The notes below the pieces were generated by a model. That model made no database searches. It was not told the DNA's origin and saw nothing but the letters and a program-made list of their open reading frames with translations. A DNA stretch of 63,269 nucleotides, counting the filler, from Choristocarpus tenellus KU-1152 (lineage: Eukaryota > Protista > Phaeophyceae), in the NCBI GenBank assembly GCA_964200185.2. It is 11 parts of 11 records of this genome, joined end to end, with 100 filler letters (N's around TTAATTAATTAA, not from the genome) between each part and the next. Parts side by side here need not be neighbours in the genome. Positions count along the whole stretch, not along the records: positions 1 to 8,845 come from CAXNAD020004265.1; positions 8,946 to 13,913 come from CAXNAD020012338.1; 9 more parts are not named here. The stretch is one strand, 5' to 3'. Position 1 is the first letter of the stretch, and each line of letters opens with the position of its first letter. Positions 1 through 12,000 of this stretch are shown piece after piece. The translations under genes and the position numbers were made by a program.

Positions 1-46
1 GACACCCTGGTGTAGACCCCCCCCTCCCTCCCAGATACTTTGGGTC
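1..46 (-). mobile_element. MITE family A, terminal fragment
   Basis: gacaccctggtgtagaccccc...cccagatactttgggtc is the reverse complement of the left end (GACCCAAAGTATCTGGG...GTCTACAC) of the ~175-bp repeat at 14054. Confidence 0.75.
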
Positions 47-99
47 AGAAGTTCTTTGCAGGAGGAGATTTCTTGATTGACTGGTCTTTCACTTGTCAA

Positions 100-1217
100 C
101 GCACCCAGGCAGTGGGCATATCGACAATGCATGGTGAAACGCCTCCGCCAGTCCTGGTAGTCTGAGTCGTCCAATAATTTTGGTGGCTGGGCCCTTGACC
201 TCTTAGGGTGAACAATATGTGCGCCTGACACCAAAATTATCAAAGAACCGGACCTCCAACTCGCCCTACTTCTGATGCTCACAGCATCCAAACTGTTTCC
301 CTCTCTGGGAAATTTCCCTCAACATGGGTTCCACAGGACCCACTTCGACTGGTACATGCTCAGCTGGAGGCCATGTGCTGGGCACAGCGGCCTGGATGAC
401 GGGATGATTTCCGTCGCTGACTCTATCAGACTGCAACATGAGATTACCAACGTTTCTTGACAGATCTACTACCGTCGCCATAAGCCACCAGAATTCTCGA
501 ACAGATGGGTCCTCGGCAGGAACAGGTAGAATCTCATCTCCATGTGAAGATATGATGAAATGACGGGTTAGAAACCTAAGTTCCAATATATTGTGTTAAA
601 GTATTCCCCAAGTCATCAAAAATAATATAGGTGATAAACCCATGGAGATTGCTTGATGTCCGCAGAGTGATTGATTAACTTTAAGTGGGGCATGCAACAC
701 CCCATCAAAATCAGAAATTTTTCCTTTTATATGAGAAAGGTTCTCATATTACGAATCACAAATAAAAGATTCTGATCAAACTTAATCACGAATGATTGTT
801 CTTGCGCTCCACATACATTTTACCAGAACTGTCCAACAGAGTTGGAAGAGTCTAATCGAACACCGTCTCCTCAATATACCTCCTTATCTCCCCTAGGGTG
901 ACTTTGGCCTTCGCAACCCATCTCCTCTGACTGGTCTGCTCCAACATATGGACTGCTTTAATCACATCAATATCCTCTTTCGGAATGATTCTTGGTTGTC
1001 CATTGCGACCAGAGGCTAAGCCCATGTCCTCCCCATTATCGAAACTCCGTGATACCACCCTCACCAACCGAGCCAAAGTTATTTTTGCCATTCCGTACTT
1101 CTGTGCAATTTGCGATCGGACGCCTTGTTGGACCCTGCCACAGGTCTTGTGCAGCCGAAAGTACTCTCTAATGTCAGCTTGCCGCTTGAACAAGGGGATG
1201 TCTTTCGCCTTACCCAT
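100..1217 (-). pseudogene. Degenerate plant/oomycete-type Tc1/mariner transposase
   Basis: ORF 852..1217 has the HTH-GRPR-HTH layout (QIAQKYGMAKITLARL...SGRNGQPR...IKAV). ORF 266..586 contains VIQAAVPSTWP, like the VIPAIKSKWP block of DD39D-type transposases. Stops and frameshifts lie between them. Confidence 0.6.
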
Positions 1218-2648
1218 CTTGCAACGTGTTTACTCTAGAATTCAAACAGGTTTTGGCACCAATCTATCCAAATCCACACGGTTCCTAACCTCAACAGGCA
1301 ATGGATCTTTACCTGGAGGTGATGACAGGCATTTTCAAGCGAAGCTCCCGCCAGATGCGCTCATGCATGTCACAAGGGGAAGGGCAGTCGTGTTGATTAG
1401 TTCAGTCGATCTCGAGAATTTCAAATTCTGGTGTGTTGCAATCGCCCTCCTGAATAGGAAGGCAACCAAACGTAACTTTACGATTTCATGGGTTTTAGCC
1501 CCAATTTTGACGCCCTGCAACAAGGTGCTCTACGTTCACCGGCACCGTCCTCAAAAACGGCAATCCCTCAGACGTTGCTTAGGGGCTAGTTTGAAAGCTC
1601 ATAATTTGTCCATTAGCATGTGTATTACTGAGCAATAATTTAGGATATCCAAGTCGGGGTCCGTGCGCCCCAAAATATGGATATTTAATCAAGCCAAACA
1701 ATGGGAGTACATGTATGTAGGTTGCCGTGTAGCTAATAATAGTACAGCGTCAATGGAGATATTTATATATAGAGGTTTTGACATATAGTTCTACTGTTGA
1801 GAGTGAAGTACACCATATGTCTTAATGAAAGAAGCAGTAGTTTTAGTCCTTGCCCAGAATGCTGAAATGATGGTTAACCTTGAAGCTTTACTTTTAACCT
1901 TAAATACCTTTTGTAAGCAATGTTCCATTTTGCTTCTTCTACATCATGTTGTATGTAAGTATAGAAAAACATAAAATGCCCGGAAAATTAACGAATGAAA
2001 TCAAATGAGCAAGTACCAACAACGAGACGTAATTGGGACCTACTCACCTTTTTATACTGAGAAAAAATTCACAGAAACATCTAAATGATTTTAGTACAAC
2101 AGCAACCAAAACCTCCCATATAACAACCACAAAACCATGACATTAAATTGGTACGGGTACAACATGGAACAAAATGGAAAACTGAAAAATAAAGACTTAC
2201 AACGATCAAACTCTACCTTGAACTTAGCTGTTATTAAATTTACATGTTCTTTTTTATCTTTGATAAATGTACAAAAAATTAAAAATCAAAGTAATCCGAA
2301 ATGTTCACAATGCACATCCTTTTACCTATACACTAATCAAAACCAGTAAAAAATGTGCTATAGTACTGGTAAATAAAAAACCGAAGAAATTATTGAACGA
2401 AGACCACGAAAAGCCAGATATACCCTAAACCTGCCCATTTTTTTTTCACTTTCTGGCTAAGTTGACAAACTAAGGCACACCTTAAATGCTGCATATATGT
2501 AGAAAAATTGGTTCTCTTGTCTTGTGATTTGCCTACCACAGTAAATTCATCCCTCCTATGCAATTACAGTGTACCATTAGAACACACCACAAGAAGATTG
2601 TGTTTGGCCATGAGACATCTGTATAACACCGTATTTGTGTATTATCAG

Positions 2649-2720
2649 GTACTATACCGGTGGAGCTTCAGAACCTCAGTGCACTCGAAGGACTCTACCT
2701 CTCCTACAACAAGCTCACTG
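2649..2720 (+). CDS. 72-nt LRR exon 1 (one 24-aa LRR: GTIPVELQNLSALEGLYLSYNKLT-G)
   Basis: Acceptor gtattatcAG, donor GTgaga, exactly 72 nt, phase 1-1, open frame fitting GxIPxxLxxLxxLxxLxLxxNxLt. Confidence 0.92.
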
Positions 2721-5700
2721 GTGAGAATTTTGTTGCTTGATTTACCCCAGTTAGTAAAGAGAATTTTGTGTGGGGAATACAAATTCCATATTGAATAGTA
2801 GTTTGACCTTCTGGTTGATGTGAACATTATGAATGCTGTGTGGTGAGTCTATCAAACATCACCCCTTAAGAAATACATTGTGTAATTATTAATAGTATTT
2901 CTTGGATGGTGAATTTCATATACTGGCCATGTGTCGGTTAAGGTGACATAATATGTGACCTCAAAATATTAGTGGCTTTTGCTACATGTATAGTGTTTCA
3001 TGTTTGCAACCATTGTGGTATAACCTCTTGTGCCCTGTCTTGTCATATCAGCCTTTTTGTTGAAAATAATGTGTCTATACCAAACGTCTGACATTGAAGG
3101 GGTTTGAACTCAGTAAATATGGGCAAGGATGAGCTGAGTAATTTTATTATTCCACTACAGACTTGTCTAACTCTAGGGGACCTGTCTAATCTCTTACGGC
3201 AAAGAGGAGCACAGGGAGCAACGGTTACTCACACATTTTTTCAATATTTTTTGTGGTAGTATTGGTCCAAAGAGGCGTGTTTAGTTCGGTAGATGTGGTA
3301 GTATCTGTTGTAATTCGAAAAAAAAAGGTTGAAACTAGTAGTAATAGGTGAATTGGGAGTAAATGTGGAATTTTGTGATTTTTCTAATTTTTTGTTTGTC
3401 CAAGGTGGGGAGTCTGACCATAGTTTTCAAGCATGCAACACTCTGAGTGTATTGATACCTTCTTGTATATTAAAGATACATATTAAATCAATGAAATGCA
3501 CTATCATGAACCTCTGATTACCTTTGATAGTAGTCAAAAGCACGAATCCATTAACCTTAACCCCAACCCTAACCCATAAAATGCGTGGTAGTAGTAGAAA
3601 CGAAATGAGTAGGACATGTCAACCTTACCACATTGGTTTTATCCTCACTGTACTCCTTCTTTGATCCAATTCGAAACTTGATTGCTGATAAGGTTATAGT
3701 TTGGGATGCAAAAAATAAAAATGAGGAATTCAAAAAGGGACAATAAAAACATGTATACCACAAACTGCCGTGTAACATAATCTGACTGACCGATCTTGTA
3801 TATAATGAATATATCTAAAATATTATGGCACGTCCCTAACCCCAACCCTTACCCTAAGCCGTATAAATTGGTACAACTACAACGGAAAGCAAAGTGGAGG
3901 ACACTAATTAAACATTCACAGCAAGTCAGTTCTACCTCGAATGTAACTGTTTTCTTCCAATCCACTTGTTGATTTGATTATTTGATAAATGTAAATCATA
4001 AGAAAGGAGGAACAAAGTCAAAAATAAAAGTAAACAAAAATTCTGACAGACATATCTCTTTACCTATACCTTCACCCTGAGACGAAGTAGTAAGAATTAT
4101 GCTGATAAACGTAAAAGTCAAAGGAATGGTCGAACTCCGATGTAAGAAAGTCAGATATACCCTCTACTTACCTATTTTTTCAGTGCAATTGCAGTTTCAA
4201 TATTTCCTAAAATGGTTTTAGCTAAGTAATAACCATGTGTAGACAGCTTGACACCAAACTTTCCAAATTTGATAATATGTTAATGATATTGTTGAAATAT
4301 ATCAAGTCTACGCCCTAACTCTACCCCACGCAAGGTATTTTCAACGGTAGTACATTAGGAAAGTAGCTTTTGAACACTGAACATACGTCTTCAAACAACT
4401 TGAGTCTTCCTGTGATACAGAAAAATACAATAAAATGATACCAATAGGTTAAGAGATGGGATGAACCACAACAATTGAACGTTCTACCCCTTCTTTGCTT
4501 TACTTAACAACTGTAGCATTTTCTTTTCTTTTCAACGCCTACCAAACCCACAACCACAAAAATGTCATTTTAGCCAGAGAGAGGAGTAACAGGTCAAAAG
4601 TATCAATGAAATATAGGGCAAAAGGTCCGTTCTACCCTTCCCTTGACTCTGTTTTCTATGCACACCCAATTTGAATTTCTTGAAGTGTAATTCGTCCAAA
4701 ATGGAGATGGACACAATCTCAACGAAGAAGATGAAACAAATAACATCAACCTCCCCTCAGAGCACCCACTCATAATTTTGGGTCCCTTCCCTCATCACTC
4801 TCTCTTCCCAATATAACAGTTGTTAGTCAACAAAAAAAACGTAGGAAAATATCCAGTGTAACGTACAATAAACCCACTAGAGTAGAAAGTTCACTTCTTA
4901 CCCTACATTTACCTCAACGTAGTATTCATATATTTATTTATTCTATCCCAGTACATAACTGTGAGTGAAAGTTGAAAAAACAGCAGGGATATCCCATTTT
5001 GTAAGCAAAGCGGAGTAATAGTTTCAACTGATCATTTCGGGTAGAGATTTGATGCAGAGGTTATATATGTCCAGCTCCTCCTCCTACCACTAGAGCCCCC
5101 ACTCTTTCCTTTCACACCCTCACCCCCCACTCCACCCCCTCGTGATGGACATGCACTGATTCTTTCGACTTTTTTCACAATGAGATGTTCGCATGCTATC
5201 CATCTCTTTTACTGTTGTCAATTGTGGTTGATGCTTGTATCACGGAAGACAAAGCCTACTGCTAATCTAATCGCCACACCTACCATCCTCCCCTAACAAG
5301 CGTGCTAAAATTGTACTCCAGATTGTATCAAGAAGATGTTTTATTTTTGTTCAAAATATAAATGCATGACCCTAACCCTAATCCGAACCCTTCTAATTTG
5401 TACTGCTACAGAAGAAGAATGCAAGATGTAGAACCGTGAAATAAATATTCACAATATGACCCGCTCTACCTTGAATTTGTCTGTTTTCTAATGGACCTGT
5501 TCATTTCATTTTCTAATTTATGTAAAAACAAATAAAAATTTCAAAGACAAGAAGAAAAAATTCTCACAAACTTACTAATTCCAACCCTAGGAAGAAAAAT
5601 ACCTCTTTACGATTTTCTTTCTATTACTATGAAACTTGCATCAATTTTTGTCCACAAATATAATATGCCCTATCTACCAATGTGCCCTTTATTTTTATCA

Positions 5701-6060
5701 GAGTGGTCTACCCCAATAAATAAAACAAAATCCAAAATGAAGAAAGTGATCAGCTCTACCGTGTTTGGCTTGTTATACAATATACATTCAAAACCATATA
5801 CACAGAAAGGCGTCCACATCCCCGAATGTCAATTCTTTTCTAACCTTACCTCTTTTTTTAGGTCATGTGTTCTTTCTCAAGTCTGGCCAGTATGACAAGA
5901 CTATGGTACAACATGCATACTTTATACTCTAGTCTAGTATTCTGCATACCATAGCAAATTCAGTCCTCTTATGCAATAACAGCGTACTGTTGAATACACC
6001 ACAAGAATATTGTGTTTGGCCATGAGACATCTGATTAACACTGTATTTGTGTATTATCAG

Positions 6061-6132
6061 ACACGATACCAGTGGAGCTTGGTAACCTCAGTGCTCTCAA
6101 AAATCTGTACCTCTACGAGAACCAGCTCACTG
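6061..6132 (+). CDS. 72-nt LRR exon 2 (DTIPVELGNLSALKNLYLYENQLT-G)
   Basis: Same acceptor and donor context as exon 1, 72 nt, phase 1-1, open LRR frame, 3412 nt downstream of exon 1. Confidence 0.92.
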
Positions 6133-8789
6133 GTGAGAAGTTTGTTTCTCGATTTACCCCAGTTGATGGAGATCATGCTTTGTGGGGAATACAAATTCCA
6201 TATTGAATAGTAGTTTGACCTTCTGGCTGATGTGAACGTTCTGAATGCTATGTAGTGAGTCTATCAAATATCACCTCTTAGGTAATACATAAAACTTGTG
6301 TAAACTTAGTGTTTTTGTTGTTTTTGATGGTAAGATTCATGTACTGACTGTTGCGAGACTCAGGTGACGTAATATGTGATCTCAAAACATCAGCAGCCTT
6401 TGCTACATGCAAAGTGTTTTATGTTTCCGACTATTGTTGTATAATCTCTTGTATCCTCTGTCATGTGTGTCTATGCAAAACGTGTGGCATTGAGGGAGTT
6501 TGATCTCAGTAAATATGTGCAAGGATAAGTAGAGTCATTTTATTATTCCCGTGGAGGTTTGTCTAACGTGGGGACCCTGCCCAATCTCTTGTGACAAAGG
6601 AGACCACACATATTGTAGCAAGAACGTTCCTTACATTATTTTCGTTACTTCATTGTGGTATTATTGGTCAAAAGAGGCATGTTTGATTAATTAGATACGT
6701 CAATATCTGTTGTAATTTGTAAAAAAAAAAAGCTAAAACGTTAATACTAACAGAAGGGGAATTGAAGGTAGATGTAGCATTTTTTGTCCAACTTTTCTCG
6801 TTTGCTTTAAACAAACCCCAACTTTGGCTGCTGAAGAAGTTGCATTTGTTTACAAAATGTCATATTCTATAATACCAACTACCATTATGTTAGGCTCCTT
6901 CTATGTATCAAGTGTAACATCAGCACAAATACGTAAAATACTCTAACCTAGCCCTAAGCCATCAGGATTGATACAGCTGTAAAGGTAAATAGAATGGGGT
7001 ACCGTAAAATAAACATTCATCACGGTCCAGTTGTACCTTTCCTGTTTTTAATCTACATGTTGATTTGGTTTTTTGATAAATAAAAAAATTGTTAAAAGAC
7101 TTTATAAAATACTCCAATATATATATAGTATGGACGAATAGAAATCCTCCCATACACACCTCTTTACCTATACCCTTACCACGAGCTGAACTAGTGAAGA
7201 ATGTGGTATTGACTAGAAAAAATTCTACAGGAAAAGATATGGAACCGATCTGGAAGTGTCAGTAGTGCCCTCCACTTATCTAGAGGAACCAAAACTGTTC
7301 TTAGCTATATATATATATATATGTATTACAACGAGCAGGCATCTTGACCCTGTGCTTTTCGTATTTGATTTATTTTGTTAATGTTGGAATATATCAGGTC
7401 TATGGTCTAACTCTACCCCATACCAAATATTTCGATTCGTAGAACAGAAGGAAGTGGTCAATTTTATACTAAATATACCTCACATAGGTTTGGAAGAAAT
7501 AAATGAGATAAACCTCGAGATAAAGCCAGTTCTACAACTTCTCTATATTTTGCTTTTGTTAACTACGAGCTTTAAAAACCAATCTCAATGCCTACCAAAC
7601 CCCTGATACCAAAATAGTACTAGTAGTTAGAGAGAAGAGTGAAATATAGAAGACTTCAGTTGTACGCTAACCTTGACTCTTCCTTCTGTACAAACCAATT
7701 GGAACTTGTTGTAAACAAATGCAGACCAAAACATAGATGGACACGATCTCAACTACAAAGAGGAAACTAATGGCACCAACCTCACCTCAGACTCCCCACT
7801 CAACATTTTCGGTCCCTCCCCTCTTCACTCCCTCTCCCCAATATAAAAATTGTACAAAAACACCACTAGAGCAGGAGATGTACTTCCTACCCTACATTAA
7901 CCTCAACATTGTATTCATACGTTAATTCATTCTATCCCAGTACACAAATGTGGATGAAAGTTAAAAAAACAACAGGGAGTTGCATTTTTTCCCTCCAAAC
8001 TAACCCAAACCCTACCTACCTACCTACCTACTTTGATTTTATGAGAGGGTCGTTCTACCATAAAGGAAAAGCTCTACTCTCTGTTTTTTTTGGTGGCATA
8101 ATTTACAGTCAACAGCAATAAACAAAGAACAGTCCTGACACCACCACATGACGATTCTACTCTACCTTCACCTCCTTTAAAATGCCCATCTCTTCCTACA
8201 CACCATTTGGCCAACCTGACGAGACAATGGCACACCATTTATACTGTATACTTTGCTTTGCTAATGAACTAAGGATTATTCTTTGGCCTTGTCTTGGGAT
8301 TATATACACCCTACTCCTCAATCTTTGATTAAAAGTATTAAAATCCCCCTAGACTAGGTAGTCTCCGGTATGATATCCTAGCGCTATAGATATGTCTCAA
8401 CCTTTTAATATCCGTTATAGTGGCTATTGCGTTCTATCACTTTGTACCTTGGTCCCCGACTACAGACACACTCCTTGTATTCCTTGCAATACCTGTGTTC
8501 TCAAGTCCACAGTCCCAAAACTAGTCAGGGATCAATCCATTGCAAATATTGTTAGTAGATGATCCACATCAGCGCCTTGCATGACGTGTTAGTGATTAGC
8601 CTCGATGGTATTTACTCTGACATAACGACTGAGAGTATGGTGTACATGTATTCATCTGGTCATGTCAGAGCTGCCAGTGAGTTAGTTGTCTGAGATTTGG
8701 AAGTTTGTAGTGATGTAATGTGGTAGGATCAGCAAGGTTTGTATTGCTCTTAGATGGATGAGGGGTCAAGCTTAGATAGTCCAACCCTT

Positions 8790-8845
8790 AACAGCCGATT
8801 TCAAAAATTGAGGATGGAGCTTTTCATTGAGGATGGGCTTGACCC
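8790..8845 (+). repeat. Repeat family C end (AACAGCCGATTTCAAAAATTGAGGATGGAGC...), probable transposon terminus
   Basis: Near-identical copies at 28227-28283 (+), 32092-32146 (-) and 56257-56305 (-). Confidence 0.7.
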
Positions 8846-8945
8846 NNNNNNNNNNNNNNNNNNNNNNNNNNNNNNNNNNNNNNNNNNNNTTAATTAATTA
8901 ANNNNNNNNNNNNNNNNNNNNNNNNNNNNNNNNNNNNNNNNNNNN
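8846..8945. other. Artificial contig spacer (44N-TTAATTAATTAA-44N)
   Basis: Identical 100-nt spacers also at 13914-14013, 17819-17918, 24721-24820, 27691-27790, 31992-32091, 47814-47913, 53171-53270, 55992-56091 and 60457-60556. The 12-mer has stops in all six frames. Confidence 0.97.
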
Positions 8946-9065
8946 TCCGGAACAAGGATATTGACACTTCCTCAAAAACATGATAGTCAAAATTACATCA
9001 AAATCGGAACATTCGAATTTGACCCCGAAATGGACGCGGCTCTACCCTCTAAGATACTTTGGCTC
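8946..9065 (-). mobile_element. MITE family B (partial), inserted in Copia RNase H
   Basis: Ends in taccctctaagatactttggctc (the TIR) and interrupts the Copia frame right after GYGDSDWGTDS. Confidence 0.85.
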
Positions 9066-12000
9066 TGAGTCAGTGCCCCAGTCAGAATCCCCATACCCCA
9101 CCAGGAGTTCTTCACCCCTCTCGTTCATATCTTTGTCCCCTCGATCATAGTGAATGCAGACATCCAATGTCCTTGCTACGTAGCGTAGAACATGTTGCAG
9201 TCCACGCCAGTGTCGCATGCATGGAGATGCCGCCCTGTGCCCCAGTTCACGAACGCTGTTGGCCAGGTCCGGTCGATTCATGCCTGCTAGAAACATGAGC
9301 TGGCCAAGGATACTTGCATAGGGGTATATAGTAGGATCCAGTTCTTCTTCATAGTCTTGCCTGGCAAAGAGGTCCATCCCAGGGTCCAGTGGTGTAGATG
9401 TTAATCGTATTTCCTTGGAGCCCATCCCTGCCTTGACAATGCTTTCTGCATATAGTTGTTGGTCCAGGGTGATGCCGCCCTCACCCACAGTGATGCCCAC
9501 CCCAATCAGCTTGTCAGGTGTACCTAGGTCTCGCCCCTCGTACTTCTCCAGCAGTGATGCCCTCATCCTCTGGATCTCCTCTGTGAAGTCCCCAGTGGTG
9601 GCAGTGTCGTCCACGTAGGTAGTGAGGATGGCAATGCATCCGTCTTCACTCCTCTTGAAGTAGAGGCACTCGTCATGTTGGCTGCTTGTCCATCCTCCTG
9701 TGAGAATGGTGCCCCTTAGTTCTTGATACCATTCCATGACTGACTGCTTCAGCCCAGAGATTGCTTTCTCAGCCTTGACGATGCAGCCGTCCGGAAGCTC
9801 CAGCCAGACGTCTTCTTGCAGGTCTGCATTCATGTTTGCTTGTGTGAAGTCCAGGGCGTCAATGTTCCAACCTCTGTACGCGGTGACTGATATATAGCGC
9901 ATCGTAGTGTGTCGTATCCCACCACCGCACTAAAAGTTTCAAAGAAATCCACTCCTGCATTATGGGTGAACCCACGGGCCACGGATCTTGCCTTATATCG
10001 TTCCACTGACCCGTCTGCTGAGCGCTTGATCTTGAAAACAAGTCTTGTCTTAATTGCTTTCCTCCCTTGGGGCAGGGCCTTGTCACTAAAAGTTCCCTTT
10101 GCCATAACCCTGACATTTCCTTCTTCATTGCCTCTTGCCACTGCTCTGCATCTGGCCCACTCAAGGCCGCCTTGGTTGTGGATGGCTCGTCTGCACCTGT
10201 TGTTACTTCCCCCATGAGACTCATAAGGCAGTGCACTTCTTCGTTGTTCTGCTTCATGAGGGTTGACACGAAGGGGTTTATGTCTGTTTCTTCATCTTCT
10301 TCCTGGTCAAACATTTGACATGTGTAGACTACCCGCTGGCGTTGCTCCAGCCTGGCAGATCTCCGCCGTCCAGAGTGTGGGGTCAAGAGCTTGGCCACTA
10401 TCTGCGCTGCCCCATCCATCCGCTGTCTTTGTCCCATCCTGGGAATATCTTGACTCTGGTGGGATGCTGGGTGCTTTGCATCTTAAGCCCCACACCCAAT
10501 ATTTTGGCTCTCACTCCCAGTTTCACTCCCTGTTGTGGAAGCCTCTTCTTCGTCTCTCATGTCGTCATCGAACTCTGACTCCTCCAGTATGTCCAGCTCT
10601 AGCTCCCTCACTAGCTCCAGCAGTTTGGCTTCAGGCTGGAGCGTCACCTGTGCTGAGGTCACCAGCTTACCCTCCTGTGGGATCCACACGTGCCAGCAAA
10701 GTGATGCTCTGTCGTGTCCAATGAGGATCCCCCGCTTCGCATATGGGTGGAACTTGGCAATAGCGCCGCGCTGTTGCTTGGTCTGGTGTACAAAGCATTC
10801 CGTCCCGAACACACGGAGTCGCTCATAGTTGAAAGATATGTTGCTCAGGCGCTCATATGGTGTCTCGCCTCCCAAGTACTCGTGCGGCATTCCTATGGTC
10901 TTGAATGTGGCGTCTACCACTGCAAAAATCCAGAACTCCTCCCCCAGTCCAGCATGTATCAGCTGGCTACGTGCTGCTTGCATTACCTGCTTTATTGCCC
11001 GCTCAGCAATCCCGTTGCTCTGGGGCGTGCGTGGGGGTGTCTTGCGCCATTTCACGCCCCGCTCTGTCAGCATGCGCTGGAACATTATGCTCCTCCAGAA
11101 CTCGCCAGCGCCATCCCCACTGATGCATCTCACTACCACCCCATCTCGAGCCATTTCGTCTATGTAGGCAGCAGTGGCCGATGTAGCGGCGTTCTTGGTA
11201 CGCAGACCTATCACGCACTTCTCCCTGCTAGCCTCGTTGACAAACACCTGAAAATATTTCATGCCCATCACATCCGGGTCAAAGGGTCCCTCCATGTCAC
11301 CTCCCCCAATGTCTTGGGACTGCGGCCTCCCCGTGCGTAACTGAGTGCCTCAGACTTGCACTCCTTGCATACCTTGCCGTGGAGCTCTGAGGCGACTGTA
11401 GTATCTGTAATGTCTAGGAGACCTCGTTTCTCCAGTTGATTTATCGCAAATGGGTTGAGGTGACCCATGATGTTGTGCAAATCTTGTAGGGAGAGACGCT
11501 GCTGCTTATTTGCATAGGTAGCATTTATTATTGCCTGGTCTTTCTCCCCCTTCTTCGCCTGGAACTGGGCCCTCAGCATCAGGAAGGCTCCCTTCTCCTC
11601 TAAATAAATTTTGGCTGCCTCCTTGTTAGGCTTGATGTAACTCCTCCTGATCCCAGAGTCCACAAATTCACCCCCATTGCGTCGCATGCTGCCTGTGCTG
11701 AGAAGTCTGCAGGGCAGACCCGGTACCAAGAGCACATCCTGGAGTATAGTCTTATGCAAAATCACAATAGCACTGAAATAGGGTGTTGTCATAGACTCTC
11801 CCCCTTCAGAACTAAACACAAACAACTATAGGGCACCAACACAATTGCCTCACAGTCGCATAGAGGTAGGGTGCTGGCACCTTCTCTAGGAACTATGAAC
11901 ATACAAACAAACAAGACAAGCGTCTTACAATACGGCACACTATGCGACAATGTTTGGGTTAGGGGCCATGACTAGGGGGTCATACAATCGATTGGGTACA

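Larger units (their letters stand above)
2450..8250 (+). repeat. Tandem duplication of exon+intron cassettes (about 2450-5880, 5880-8205, third unit starting ~8205 and cut off)
   Basis: 2540-3350 aligns with 5950-6780, including a 46-nt identical run tgtggggaatacaaattccatattgaatagtagtttgaccttctgg. 4690-4990 aligns with 7725-7980. The tggc..gaca/g..ac.atgg.ac motif recurs at ~2454, 5884 and 8208. Confidence 0.85.

Noticed and set aside
985-1638. 217-aa plus-strand ORF
   Set aside because: Partly antisense to the mariner relic, with no recognisable motif.
2540-6300. Conserved flanks around a variable core as a CRISPR-like or DGR-like repeat system
   Set aside because: The units are kilobases long, the variable part is a spliceosomal exon, and there are no cas or DGR RT genes. 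Differences are not adenine-specific.
8250-8790. Possible LTR or other insertion truncating the third LRR cassette
   Set aside because: No TG...CA boundaries, TSD or second copy could be identified.
10263-11340. Several long plus-strand ORFs
   Set aside because: Antisense shadows of the Copia integrase.
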